Shown: positions 11,351 to 23,154 of the stretch, in pieces
Layout of the letters: the number at the start of each line of letters is the position of its first letter
Numbering within the stretch: position 1 is the first letter of the stretch
DNA from: Paramecium tetraurelia
Taxonomy: Eukaryota
NCBI GenBank assembly: GCA_000165425.1
Contig: CT868651.1
Span: 62,001 to 126,000 of the forward strand
DNA: 64,000 bases
Direction: 5' to 3'
The notes under the pieces: generated by a model
What the model was told of the DNA's origin: nothing
Seen by the model: only the letters and a program-made list of their open reading frames with translations
Database searches by the model: none
Translations under genes and position numbers: made by a program

Positions 11351-13545
11351 CTACAACTATGATTTAGATTTTTAATTAAATATTTTAAATTTTTTGTAAA
11401 GAGGCTATTAAATAATTGTGCATTTGATGTCAAAAACATAGCAAAATTTTAGGATATTAAATAATTCAACTGATGGCAAAATGGTTAGGATATTTTCGAT
11501 GAGAATAAGAAGTAAATCTGTAGTATTAATCATTGATAAAATAAAAAAATCAATATTTTTTGACATGAAATTAATAATCATAATGATCACCAAAGTATTA
11601 AATAAGTTGGATTAATTGTAAGAATAACTGTTTAAATTTTGTGATTAATTTCCATTTAACACGAAATGTTATATCACAACTTTTACTCTTACATCCTATC
11701 TTTTCAATTATTTTAACAAAAAATTTAATTATAAATGTTGTTATTTTATAGTTCTGAGCTTTGAAGGTGTGTTAATCAAACTAGATCGTTTCCTGTTTTT
11801 TAAATTCATCAAGTTTCAGGTGTTACTAAATTTGATATTAATCTGTTATTTAGTTCTGTCCTAAATTCATTCTTTCTTGCTTTTTACTACCATAACTGAA
11901 GTATAATAATTTTCCTCAAAGTTGATTACACTAAAGAAACAGTTCATTAGGATATTCGATTCAACCTTCTCAAAATAAAAAATCCAAAATTGATTTGGCA
12001 GTTTACTAATTTATAATTAAATTATACTTAATATGTATTTTTATGCATAATTGCTAAATTATCGCATCTTTGTAAATTTAAAAAATCAAGCATAAATCAA
12101 TTCTATTAATAAAGTTATCTCGTTATTCTAAATTACTAAAAATTTTTCATCTTGAGTTAAAAAAGATCTTCTCTAAGAATTACTGCTGCTTTTTTGGCTC
12201 TTCAATGCAGGTATGTCTATTTATTTAATGAATTCTAATTGTTGCTGTTAATTTATTTTCATAACTCTGATACTGTTATTATCTTCTTCCAGCAATAGAA
12301 ATTTATTTTGCACAAAGTGCACACACCGAAAAAACCCTTTGGTATGATGCTTAAACTCTGAAGAAGCATACATTATATAGTATTAAGATTAATTTTATTT
12401 TTTATAAACATCAAGACCATAGCAGTCAGCAAAATATATGTGATCTAAAAATCCTCCCAACACCTATCCACTCAATCCATACAATCCTATTTTCTAGATT
12501 AAAACCCAGTTAATTTCTTATTCCTAGGTTTATTTATGGAAGATATAAAGTTTATCTATCAAATCATAACCATCAAAGCTATAAATTTACAACTCATCCT
12601 CTTAAAAATTAAAAAAAATTGAACTCACAGAACACCTAGAACTGACTTAAAATGATTGAGAGCATTTCCATCCATTGATACTCTGTTCAAAAATAAGGAT
12701 TTAATTCCTATGAGCTATAAATAGATTGTTTTAAGTTTTATTAAGTAATAACTACTGACTACTATCCCAGTAGTTAATATATGATTTAATGTCTATTTTC
12801 AACAAAAATTTTCTTCTATTTAAACCATTAAGATTAGCAATTAGGATTTTTTTTTAAGCCATTGTTAAAATTGAGTTTGAATCTTTTAAGTATACAACTA
12901 AAATAATTTTCATTATTTCTTTTCGCTATAATACTAGACATATGTTTTAGATAATGGTATTTGAAGAAATAAGAATTGATGTTTTGGTTTTAAAGTGTTA
13001 ATAATATTTTAGAATTATAATTGAAGGTCAAGAATTCTAAACAATTAAGAACATCCTAATTTGATAAGTTTAATAATTAAAAGTTGATTTTTTCATCTTT
13101 GATATCATTTATTAAATTTTTTCAATCTAATAAAAAATAAATTAAAACACTCATATTTAAAATGGTTAAATATCAAGACCTTCATTTGAATTAATCATAA
13201 TATAAGTAATTTTAGTATATTTTTAATTATAAGTAAATAATGTCTTTACATATAATTTTTAATAGTCATAAATTTATTATTTCATAGAATAGGATATCAA
13301 TATTAGTTGTAAATTATAAACTTATTTTTATTCCAATCTTCCATTTTGCATTATAATTATTATGGCTTTTATAGGCTATTTTCAGAATTCATATACATTT
13401 TATGAATTGAAACCTATATATTAATTTTAATTGGATTATTATATTGACAAGTTTTATTTTAATGCACTCAAATATTTAATGAGAAATACCAAATTTGATA
13501 AATTCTAATTTTTGAATATTTAATTAAAAGAAAAGAAATTGCAAG

Positions 13546-14305
13546 ATGATCAAAGAATATGATTATTTGTTCAAGTTGGTTATTATTGGTAACTCTGGAG
13601 TGGGAAAGAGTTCATTATTGTTGAGATTTGCAGATGACTAATTTAGTGAATCTTATTTAACAACTATCGGTGTTGATTTTAGATTCAGAACGTTACCTAT
13701 CGATGGAAAGAACGTTAAATTATAGATTTGGGACACTGCTGGATAGGAAAGGTTCAGAACAATCACAAGTGCATACTACAAGGTAATGTGAAATCATTTT
13801 TAATATTTTTAGGGTGCCGATGGAATTGTTATGGTATATGATGTCACCTAAGGGTAATCATTTGATGATATTGATAAATTCTGGTTGCACGAGGTAGAAT
13901 CATATGGAGAAAAAAATGTGTAATTATTGATCATCGGAAATAAAAATGATTTAGATGAATAGAAATAGTAAGAAAATTATATATTTAAATAAGAGTAGAA
14001 ACATCAAAGGCTGAAGAGTATTGTAAGTCTCATAATATGCTTTTCATGGAATGTAGTGCTAAGACAGCTGATCATGTTAATAATGCCTTCCTTGAACTCT
14101 CACGAAAGTTAATGGCTAAGAAGGATGCCTCACAACCACCTAAGACTACCAATACGACATCCAATGCTTCACAATAATCATAATCTAGAGGGTATATTAT
14201 ATTTTATATTTTATTAGATAAACTAACACCAACACTTAACAATCAAAATAACTAAGTGCTGGCAATACAAACTAAAAAAAATAAAAAGATGGAGGTTGCT
14301 GTTGA
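13546..14305 (+). CDS. RAB1: Rab1-family GTPase (Rab1A-type)
   Basis: [55 protein letters not shown]-terminal GGCC; three short introns. Confidence 0.95.
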
Positions 14306-14639
14306 TTATTTATTAAGCATAATATATTGTTAAAATTTATTGTTCTTATACTTTCTGACTTTAATTATTTAAATTCAGTATTTAATAACCTAATAAACTT
14401 AATTAGTAAATAGAACCAATTAAACCTAATACAATTCTTATTATGTATTTCAATTTAACTGCTATTTTTAATATATCTGACTTACATTTAAATAAAAATT
14501 TCTAATATTATTTCAAAATATTTCCAATTATTGAAATTTTACATTATAAAAAAGAGTTTTATATGCATACCAGGTTTAATAATATTAATAGAAAATGAAG
14601 TTTGAGATATCAGATATCTTTTTGTTTTTCTTAGAAAAA

Positions 14640-15330
14640 TCATGAAAAAGTATAACTGAATTTAAAAACTACGAAGCGAGACTTTCAAAACAATAAGGTT
14701 CTATCATGAAATTAAAGGAATTTAATAAATTAATAGAACTAGATTTGATATAAAATGTGATCAATGATATTAGAATGGTGTATAATACATTACAAATAAA
14801 TATGATCCAAAGTTGTTTCACTCATTCTGCTGAATGATATGCTCATTAAAATGCTTCCATGAGTAGTCGCTCTAATAATATTAAAATATTTTACTAATTC
14901 TCTCTTTATTTTACCTTCAACAAAACCCTAGTAAATATCAGGGAGATGATCTATAAAATTGTATGGTTGGAATTTTAAGAAGAACATCTCTAAGCTACAA
15001 AATGAATTTGTTAAAATAGTAATTAGCATTTAGATAGGAGTATTTCCAATCAAAATCATTCTATCATCATTCTATAAACAAATCATGCCTTGAGGATTTG
15101 TGTGCATGTAAAGAGGTTTTTGGAGTGGATCCTTCGCAAACCTAGTGATACTATAGATTTCCTTGATGATTATATCATCAATTTTCAAGAAAGATTATCC
15201 ATTGGTTACTCCTCCCTCCCAAAAAAGCATCAAAGGACCAGTTCTTTGACTTCTAATCTAAATCATTAAATCCTTTATATTCTCGCCATCTGTAAAATCC
15301 TTGAAACCGCATTTATTTATTTAAAATGAC
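14640..15330 (+). pseudogene. Probable decayed protein-coding remnant
   Basis: Coding-like stretches (e.g. HALRICVHVKRFLEWILRKPSDTIDFLDDYIINFQERL) are broken by TGA codons and frame switches, with no clean start or consistent introns. Family not identified. Confidence 0.4.
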
Positions 15331-16890
15331 TCTAAAATAGCTCTTCCATAACTTATTATTTTACACTTGACTTCATCTTTCTAGATCGATAAATGAGTAA
15401 AAGATGGAGAAAAACTAAGTTATAAATATATATTACTATGTGATATAAACAAACACGTCAACCGGAGATGTTCTTGTACAATAAATGCAATACGATTATA
15501 AGTTCATATATCTAAAGTGTTATGTACTGTTGTGAAAAAGTGATTTATATTTAAAGTATCCTAAAACTAACAATAAAAATCGTCCGCTTATATAGTTATG
15601 CACTAAGATTAGAATTCTCAGAAATTTATGCAGTACAATATGAAATTATCGTCTTTGTATTTAAAGAAATATCAAGTCATTCATGATTACTATTTCTAAT
15701 ACCATTATGGCAAATACAGGCAATTTAATAAACAGCATTAATATATTTAGAGTTGTTCTTAAAGCTGACTTTTAAGTAGTTGTTTAAATTTCTGTGAAAG
15801 GATCCATGAAAATTATATATAAGTAAAATTTATTATTTGATTATTGGATTTTACAAATGCACATATATCAGTATTTGATGGGTTTGATGATAATTAAAAT
15901 AAATTTACGAATATAATTATCGCATAAATAAATTCAAGATCTCAAATAATTGTTAGAATAAAGAAAGTAAGACTTTTCAATTGTTGAATGAATTATGATA
16001 AATTATTATTGATTTTGTTTGATTAAAACTATATTATAAATATGAAATGAGTAAATTAAATATCATTTTGTTTATTTCCTATTTTAGAATCAATTCTTTT
16101 AGTTTTGAAGTATCTTCTAAAACAATTTAGTTTTCAAATAGATTTCTCAATAATATTCTTAAATTATATCCAGATTAATTAAATATACAATTACCCATAT
16201 ATTTTAATATATTTAACGATTAAACTGCACAGAAAATTTTACATGTTCTGTATTAAATATTTCTATAATTTTCCACTGCTTTAATTACTAAATTATTCAG
16301 CAATGCATTTTTGATTCAATCAATCTAATAAAAAGCAATAATCATCCAAAGGAAATTTTATAACAAATTAACCTAAAGCGGTTCAACATAATAATAATTG
16401 ATTTTAACAAAATGTGAAATTACTAAATTATATTATTTTATTTTTTCAATAAAAAAAAAGTAAGAAATTTATTTTCTATTCGAATTCTTTCATATGAGTA
16501 ACTTGAATACAATTATGAGAAGTGGTTACAATGTGAATAAGCAATTTAGCCTAGAATACTACTGATTAATGATTGATTTCATGATTTTTCTTAAAAAATA
16601 TCAAGAAATCGGATGATGTTAGAATGAAATTGTATTGTTTTAGTATGATCATTACTTATGTAATGATTTTGGAGTAGATTTAAGCAATAAATTACAACTT
16701 ATCTGATCAATAATTTTTGAGAAAGTTCACACTTTATAAAAGAAGAATTGATTTAATTTATAAAAATATTTAGCATTATTTTGTTTTAAATTAGTATTTT
16801 AACTTTTTTGAAACGAAATAATCTGAAAATGGAAACTTGATTTTTGATAATAGTAGTTATTTGATATTAAAATAATAATTATATTTTTTA

Positions 16891-18818
16891 ATGCATCGGT
16901 TTACTTTAACCTTTTTGAACAAAGATGTAGAGTAGTAATACTAATCTATAAACAAAAAGCAATCTATAGAATTTCAATAATAGCAAAAATGGATATTCAT
17001 CGTCATGGGACTATACTTTACTATTATAAAAATTGTCGAATAAGAATGGGTAAGTTTGGGATTCATTTTATTTAATTGGATAGTCGTCATTTTTAGTTAC
17101 AAATTTATAGCTCAACGCCACAAATTATATGATTTCTTTCTGACATTCGTAGTTGTTAGTTATAATTTATACTTTCCGATAACTAAATACTTTTCACTAG
17201 AATAGAGTGATAACTTCTATGTGGATGGATACTTTATTTCGGTTGGCACTTTTGGGTAAAATCGAAATTTAAATTTTTTAGTGTGATCAATATTTTTAGT
17301 TTCAGATATAAAACCATCATCATAGCTATAATATTTACATCTCTAGTGAGTTTGAGCATGATTTAAGATGGGAATTTTTGGAATCAACTCATAAAATCGA
17401 CAATCTTTACATCACTTTATTTATAAAATTTGTATTGTTTGGAAAAGCACAAAAAGAACAGTTTTCTTGACCATTTGAAAAGAACAACAACATTGAAGGG
17501 CATTTATGACTTGACAAATATTTAAACCTTCATTATACATTATAAAGCAGAAACTAAAAAAATTGAATTAGTGTAGAAAGATAATCAATAGGAGATATAG
17601 AAGCAAATTTTGGATGACTTTGATGATTATTTAAACAACATGAAAATACAATAGTCTAGAAGTTCAGGAAAGTTCGCATCCATATTAGGTTAAGACCCTG
17701 TAAATTAATCATAGAGAAAATAAGAATTAAAATCATATTTATTTGAATTATTTCTCAGAGATCAAAGAATAAATAAGACTATCAAAGAAAATTAATATGA
17801 AAATAATCAAATATTAGGAGAGGCTATATATGAGTAGGATTATTATTCGATTCAAATTTCCAGAGTATTTGATACCCATCCTTGTTTCATTCTTATATTA
17901 TAGGAAAAGAAACAAGAGGTTTAACTTGAAGAACTATCTTTGAAAAATAAAATTTTAAAGAAATCTCTAGATTAGACTTCATTAATATTCAAGCATCAAG
18001 TACGTATATCTTTGATTTATTTTTAATGGATTTATAAATTTGCTAATAAAAAGGAACAAATTTTGTTGATTAATAGATGCTTATAGTCTATTCATGGATA
18101 AATAATCAAAGCCAATAACGACTTTTAAAATATTATCGATTTTAATACCATCAATTCTGATTTCTAACAGTCGCTTATCAAAAAATTTAATATTATTGAT
18201 TGTCTTAATGAACTAACTAGAGCAATAAGTTATTATGACATAAACAAAGATATTAAATTTAACATCATAAACTAATTGAACGTTGAACAATAAAATATAT
18301 AATAAGATGAGAAATAACTCAAATAATTATTTTACAATTTATTGTTCTTTGTTTCTCATTCCTCTCAAACTGTAACAATCACCTTATAACATGATACTCA
18401 TGGCTAACCAAGTAAATCTGTAATTAAAATTAAAATCAACTATTAAGGCCCCAATCTTAGTAATTAATAGTTATAAGGGTTGCAAATCATAAACCCTTAA
18501 AATTTAGGAGAATTACTGCATAACTCATAAAAGCCCTTGGATTTAGAAATACCATTATCATTGATGATTATTCGTAAGATTGGACCTTACGATAAAATGC
18601 GATTGTAATAGAATAAAAAGACATAAAATTATATCGAATTTTATATTTTTTCAGTATTAGAAGAGCAGTATCATTTAATTCCCATATATTCTTTACATCC
18701 TTTAAATTGCTTAATACTTAGGGAAAAGAATATGTAGAATTCTAAGAAAATCACTTCCTTATACGAGAATATGTAGTCAAGTCCTCGCATTAAAATCTAA
18801 AATTATAATAATTTTTGA
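16891..18818 (+). CDS. Multi-pass membrane protein with degenerate histidine-kinase (DHp + HATPase_c-like) C-terminus, about 633 aa
   Basis: N-terminal hydrophobic helices; H-box-like IFKHQVRISL; N-box-like QDEKQLKQLFYNLLFFV; IKIKINYQGPNL; PLDLEIPLSLMIIRKIGP; IEFYIF. One 26-nt intron (17256-17281). Confidence 0.75.
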
Positions 18819-19209
18819 TTGGTTCAAACATTAAAAATAATTGAGTCACTTATTTTTATAAATTAAATTTTCTTATATTAATATAAAAGATAATTTAATT
18901 TAAATAATATCTTGCATATAAATGAGTTCCACACTATATTTATTTTTATTCAAGTGCATTATGCTCCTTATAATATAACGAATTTGTGTTTGTAGATAGT
19001 GATATTTGGTTGATTATTATATTATCATATTAATCCTATTTATTAACTGGACTTTGCACTCCATTAAGATTCTAAAGACTGATATTTCAAGAATTCTACA
19101 ATTTATGAATTACTATATTTATGGATATTAATTTTCTATTAAAAATTTTGTTGAATAAAAGTTACTAAATTATTAAAAATAATATCATAATGTTAAATTG
19201 ATAAAACTA

Positions 19210-20257
19210 TCATTAATTTAATATTTAAATTTTCACAATAACCTACTCAGTTAAGGTTTGATCATAAATAACATTTATTATTTCTAATAAGGATGATTAC
19301 ATGTTTATTTTCAAAAGATTGTATTGAGGAAATGCTTATTAGAAGAGAGGGAAGAATCCGACATAATTCATCTAATTAAAGCAATTATACATAAAAGACT
19401 GATTCTTTTTAGTACTACAAGAATTGCATTTGTTAAAATCGGCCTAGATTTTCATTCCATTTTCACATTTCACTTAGATACCCATCTTCAGTGGTGTGAT
19501 TGATTTATCAACCACATATTAATAATTCCCATTGGTAGTGTAAATTTAATTAGTTTAAATCAATTCTACAGTAAAAGTAGGTAGGGTGGCTAAATTCAAA
19601 ACCTCCTTTCTACTTGTTCTTATACTAAAACACTCTAAAGGTTTGAAAGTCTTCGTAAACTAATATGCTACCCAAACTTAAGAATGGCTATTTGGTGTGT
19701 CAGTTTCAAACCCTTTAAAAATTAATAATTATAAATAATTACAGGTCTTCCAATTATAAGACAAGGTTGTTTCTGTGTTAGTATAGTTGAAACTTGTGAT
19801 AGCAACAAATCCAGTCTTGGCATTAGGATTTTTTATTTGAAATGTTTTATCATCAGGATTTGCCATATTGAAGTTGCTGTAGACCTCAATTCTCTAATCG
19901 TCAATAGCAAACCATCTTAATGATACTGTGATTACTCTATTCATATTGCAACTAATTTCTAATGTAAAAGCTATTAAAATACTAGATTTTATCAATACAT
20001 GTTTAAGTTATAGCTGTAATTGCCAATTGAAAGCCCAATTCTGCCTTGTTCAAGTCGAATTATTCATGTACGAAAAATACTTAAGGAGTATTCTCAAATT
20101 GATTAGAAAACGACTTCGTTGCAATTTTGGAGTAGCCATTTTTGCAAACGAAGCTTGAGTATACATAAGCTTGAAAGTCATCTACCATTCCAGTATCATA
20201 GTATATGTAAGAGGAGGCTACTTTTAATATTATCAATAATATAAGCAATTTCTCCAT
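19210..20257 (-). CDS. Secreted H-type-lectin-like domain protein (ciliate-expanded family)
   Basis: Signal peptide; FSNQFENTPQVFF..D..FQLAITAITQTSFTLEISC..LRWFAIDD pattern typical of H-lectin repeats; introns of 28 and 30 nt. Confidence 0.7.
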
Positions 20258-21234
20258 ATTTAATAATAAACTTTTTATTATGGAGACAAATTATCAATAA
20301 ATACTTAAGAGATCAGTTTGATCATCAATTTTCATGAATTTAAAGAAAAGATGGTCGTAAATATCCAAGAAATATTTTAAACTGTCAAATGTTTCAGGTT
20401 TGAAAATTTAATTTTTGCTATGCTTTTTATAATATAACTTTAATACGAAACTTACAAAATAATACGCAAACTAAAAGTAAATAAATAATATATTAATTAA
20501 ATACTTATTTATTATTAATATTAAATTAAGAAATTTCTTTTGATCCTCCTTTTTATATCTTGATGTAACCTCCCAGGTTATTTATTGAGACTTGCATTAA
20601 ATAAATACACAACTAAGTCCATTTTGTAAATAGAGCGTTTTTTACACCTTGACTTATTAAAGCATAATAAATCATCTTTGATCCTGGGATGATTTTATTA
20701 TGGTAATACATAATGTAATATAATAATACCTTTAATAATACAAATGAGTTATAGATAAGAATAAATTAAATATATAAATTTGTAGACAAATTTTAAGAAT
20801 TTTATTTATAAAATTAATGTCAAAATGTATTAGAGCTGTTCAATTTCCATTTAAAAATTTTATTGGACAAACTTAAGTCTTGGTTTTTTTCTTGGCTAAG
20901 GTTTGTAGGATCTTTATTCTGAATATTTGATTCTTTAAAATTAATTTAAACTCTTAATCCTTGACATCTAAGCAATTTTACTAAAGAAAGATTTCTAAAT
21001 TCATAAACTGCACCTTTGTTGTTACTTCGTCACTATTTATGTAAGATGTCTACAAACCAAATTCGCTTATTGAATATTTTAGAGTAAAGATAATATTATA
21101 AATGTATAATTAATAAATTCTAAAGTGTTTTTAATAATTAATTAAATACTAAAAAATAATATTTTTGGTATTAGAGTAAAATAACATACTACAATGGCTT
21201 TTAGATATATATTGAAATGGAATCATTAATTTCC

Positions 21235-23052
21235 TCATATAAGATTTAATAATTCATCTAAATTAGCATTTTCAGTTTCTTCATAAAATGCATTGAAATC
21301 AAAGTCAACTTATTTGAAAAAATCATAAGGATTCAAGCAAATTTTCAAGTAATATATTCCAGAATAAATATCCTTTCCTAATGAATTAGTTGAGGCAGCC
21401 TTAAGAGTTTCGATTGCTTTAGATATAATTTATTTATATTATCCCAGAAAATCTTTGACATTTTCAATTTTGTCAAAGAATTGTTAAAACTAAGGACATT
21501 TTTCTCTTACTTAAATAAACACTTCTTTAATGATAAGGATGTCATTCTTTATTGTTGTAAGTAATCTTGAGCAATCCTAAAAAACTTATAAACTTTTTTA
21601 CCTTACTGACTATAAATCTGCCCCATAATTCCTGATCAAACTAATCATGCTTATTTGAATTCAAAGCAGAATTGATTTTGTCTAAATGCAATAATTGATT
21701 TCTGGCCAACATAAAAATCAATTGCAGAAATTATTCTTTGACAAGTGTGATATCCCCAAACGTTTAAAGTTTGATGATTCTTAATTACGTATAATTGATA
21801 AAAAAGGCAACATTCCTTTCATAAAGATAGTAAGTATAAAATTTCTAGAAGGACTCTCTTCTTTTCATTTCCTTCTAATACTATGATAATATCAAATCTG
21901 GCTAGAATAATTAATAATATTTTATTACATTTTCTTCATCAAACATTTGCTTGAGTCCATCCAAATCATTTTTGCTATCCTCTCTATAATCTTCAATTTT
22001 TGTATGCAAGTATCCAACAACTTTATATTGATCCAAATATATTTTATTCAAACTCATTGATTTGGTCATTGGATCTTCTTTCATAATTTCATTCATGTTT
22101 TATCTAACCATGTCCTCATTCATCTTAATAACTTAATTTTCGAATATTTATTGCCAATTTAATCTATCCTATTTATTTTGTTGAATTAACTTACTTTCTC
22201 TTCAATTTGAAGCATCATAGCTACCAATTCTTTAACTTTTTAACTTCTAACAGGTTTTGTGGGAAATTTAAGTGGTTTATTTAAAATCAATTATTCCAAT
22301 TAAATCTAACTTTCAGCTTGCCAAGGTGTTCTTCCATAGAGCATCTCATAGAACATAATACCCAGAGACCAAACATCACATTTGGCTGAGAATGGCTGTC
22401 CTCTTAATATTTAGGGTGACATGTAGATTGGAGTTCCGTTTCTGGAAAACTTTCCAGGTTCTTTATTAGAAATTAAAAGTGTAAATACCATCCATCTCAA
22501 CTTCCATAACTCTAGCGAATCCAAAGTCTGCGATTTTAGCAATTCCATTAGATAAGAGTATGTTTTCAGGTTTAATATCTCTGTGGATGATTTTCTTTTG
22601 AAACAACTCCTTGAATCCTTCAACAATGTGTTTTAGGAATATAATGGCCTCCAACTAAAAATAAATAAAAACAAAAGTAACTTCAGATAGATGCTTCTCT
22701 TTCTTGCTCAACATAAACTTTCTTAGATCTCCGTCTGGACAGAATTCCAAAAAGATATATATATAATTTTATGTGCGATTTGCGTTGTAGAGTCGAACAA
22801 TATTGGGGTGTTCAACAGCCTTGAGAATGGTTGATTCTCTTTTAATTAGATTTAATATTTGTGGGGATTGTTTTACCGACTAGCCATAATCGATTAATTT
22901 ACATCCATGGGAACTGTTTTGACAGCTATTCTCACTTGATTCTATCCGGTATCCATGTAGCCGAGATAGACCGTGCCATAGGTGCCTTTGCCTAAGATTT
23001 TATTTAAAATGACAAAATTATCTATTTTTTTTTTCTTCCAGTCTTCGCTCAT
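21235..23052 (-). CDS. Ser/Thr protein kinase, ULK/Atg1-like, with long helical C-terminus
   Basis: [58 protein letters not shown]; several short introns. Confidence 0.9.
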
Positions 23053-23154
23053 AAATGAATTATTTTAGGACTCAATAAATAAATTATTCAATGCATTTAT
23101 GAAATTGTAATAATATTTCTATTATTTATATTATTTAATTGGTTTCACATAAAA

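Noticed and set aside
15440..15545. Cys/His pattern resembling a RING-CH remnant
   Set aside because: Too few ligands in one frame to support a family call.
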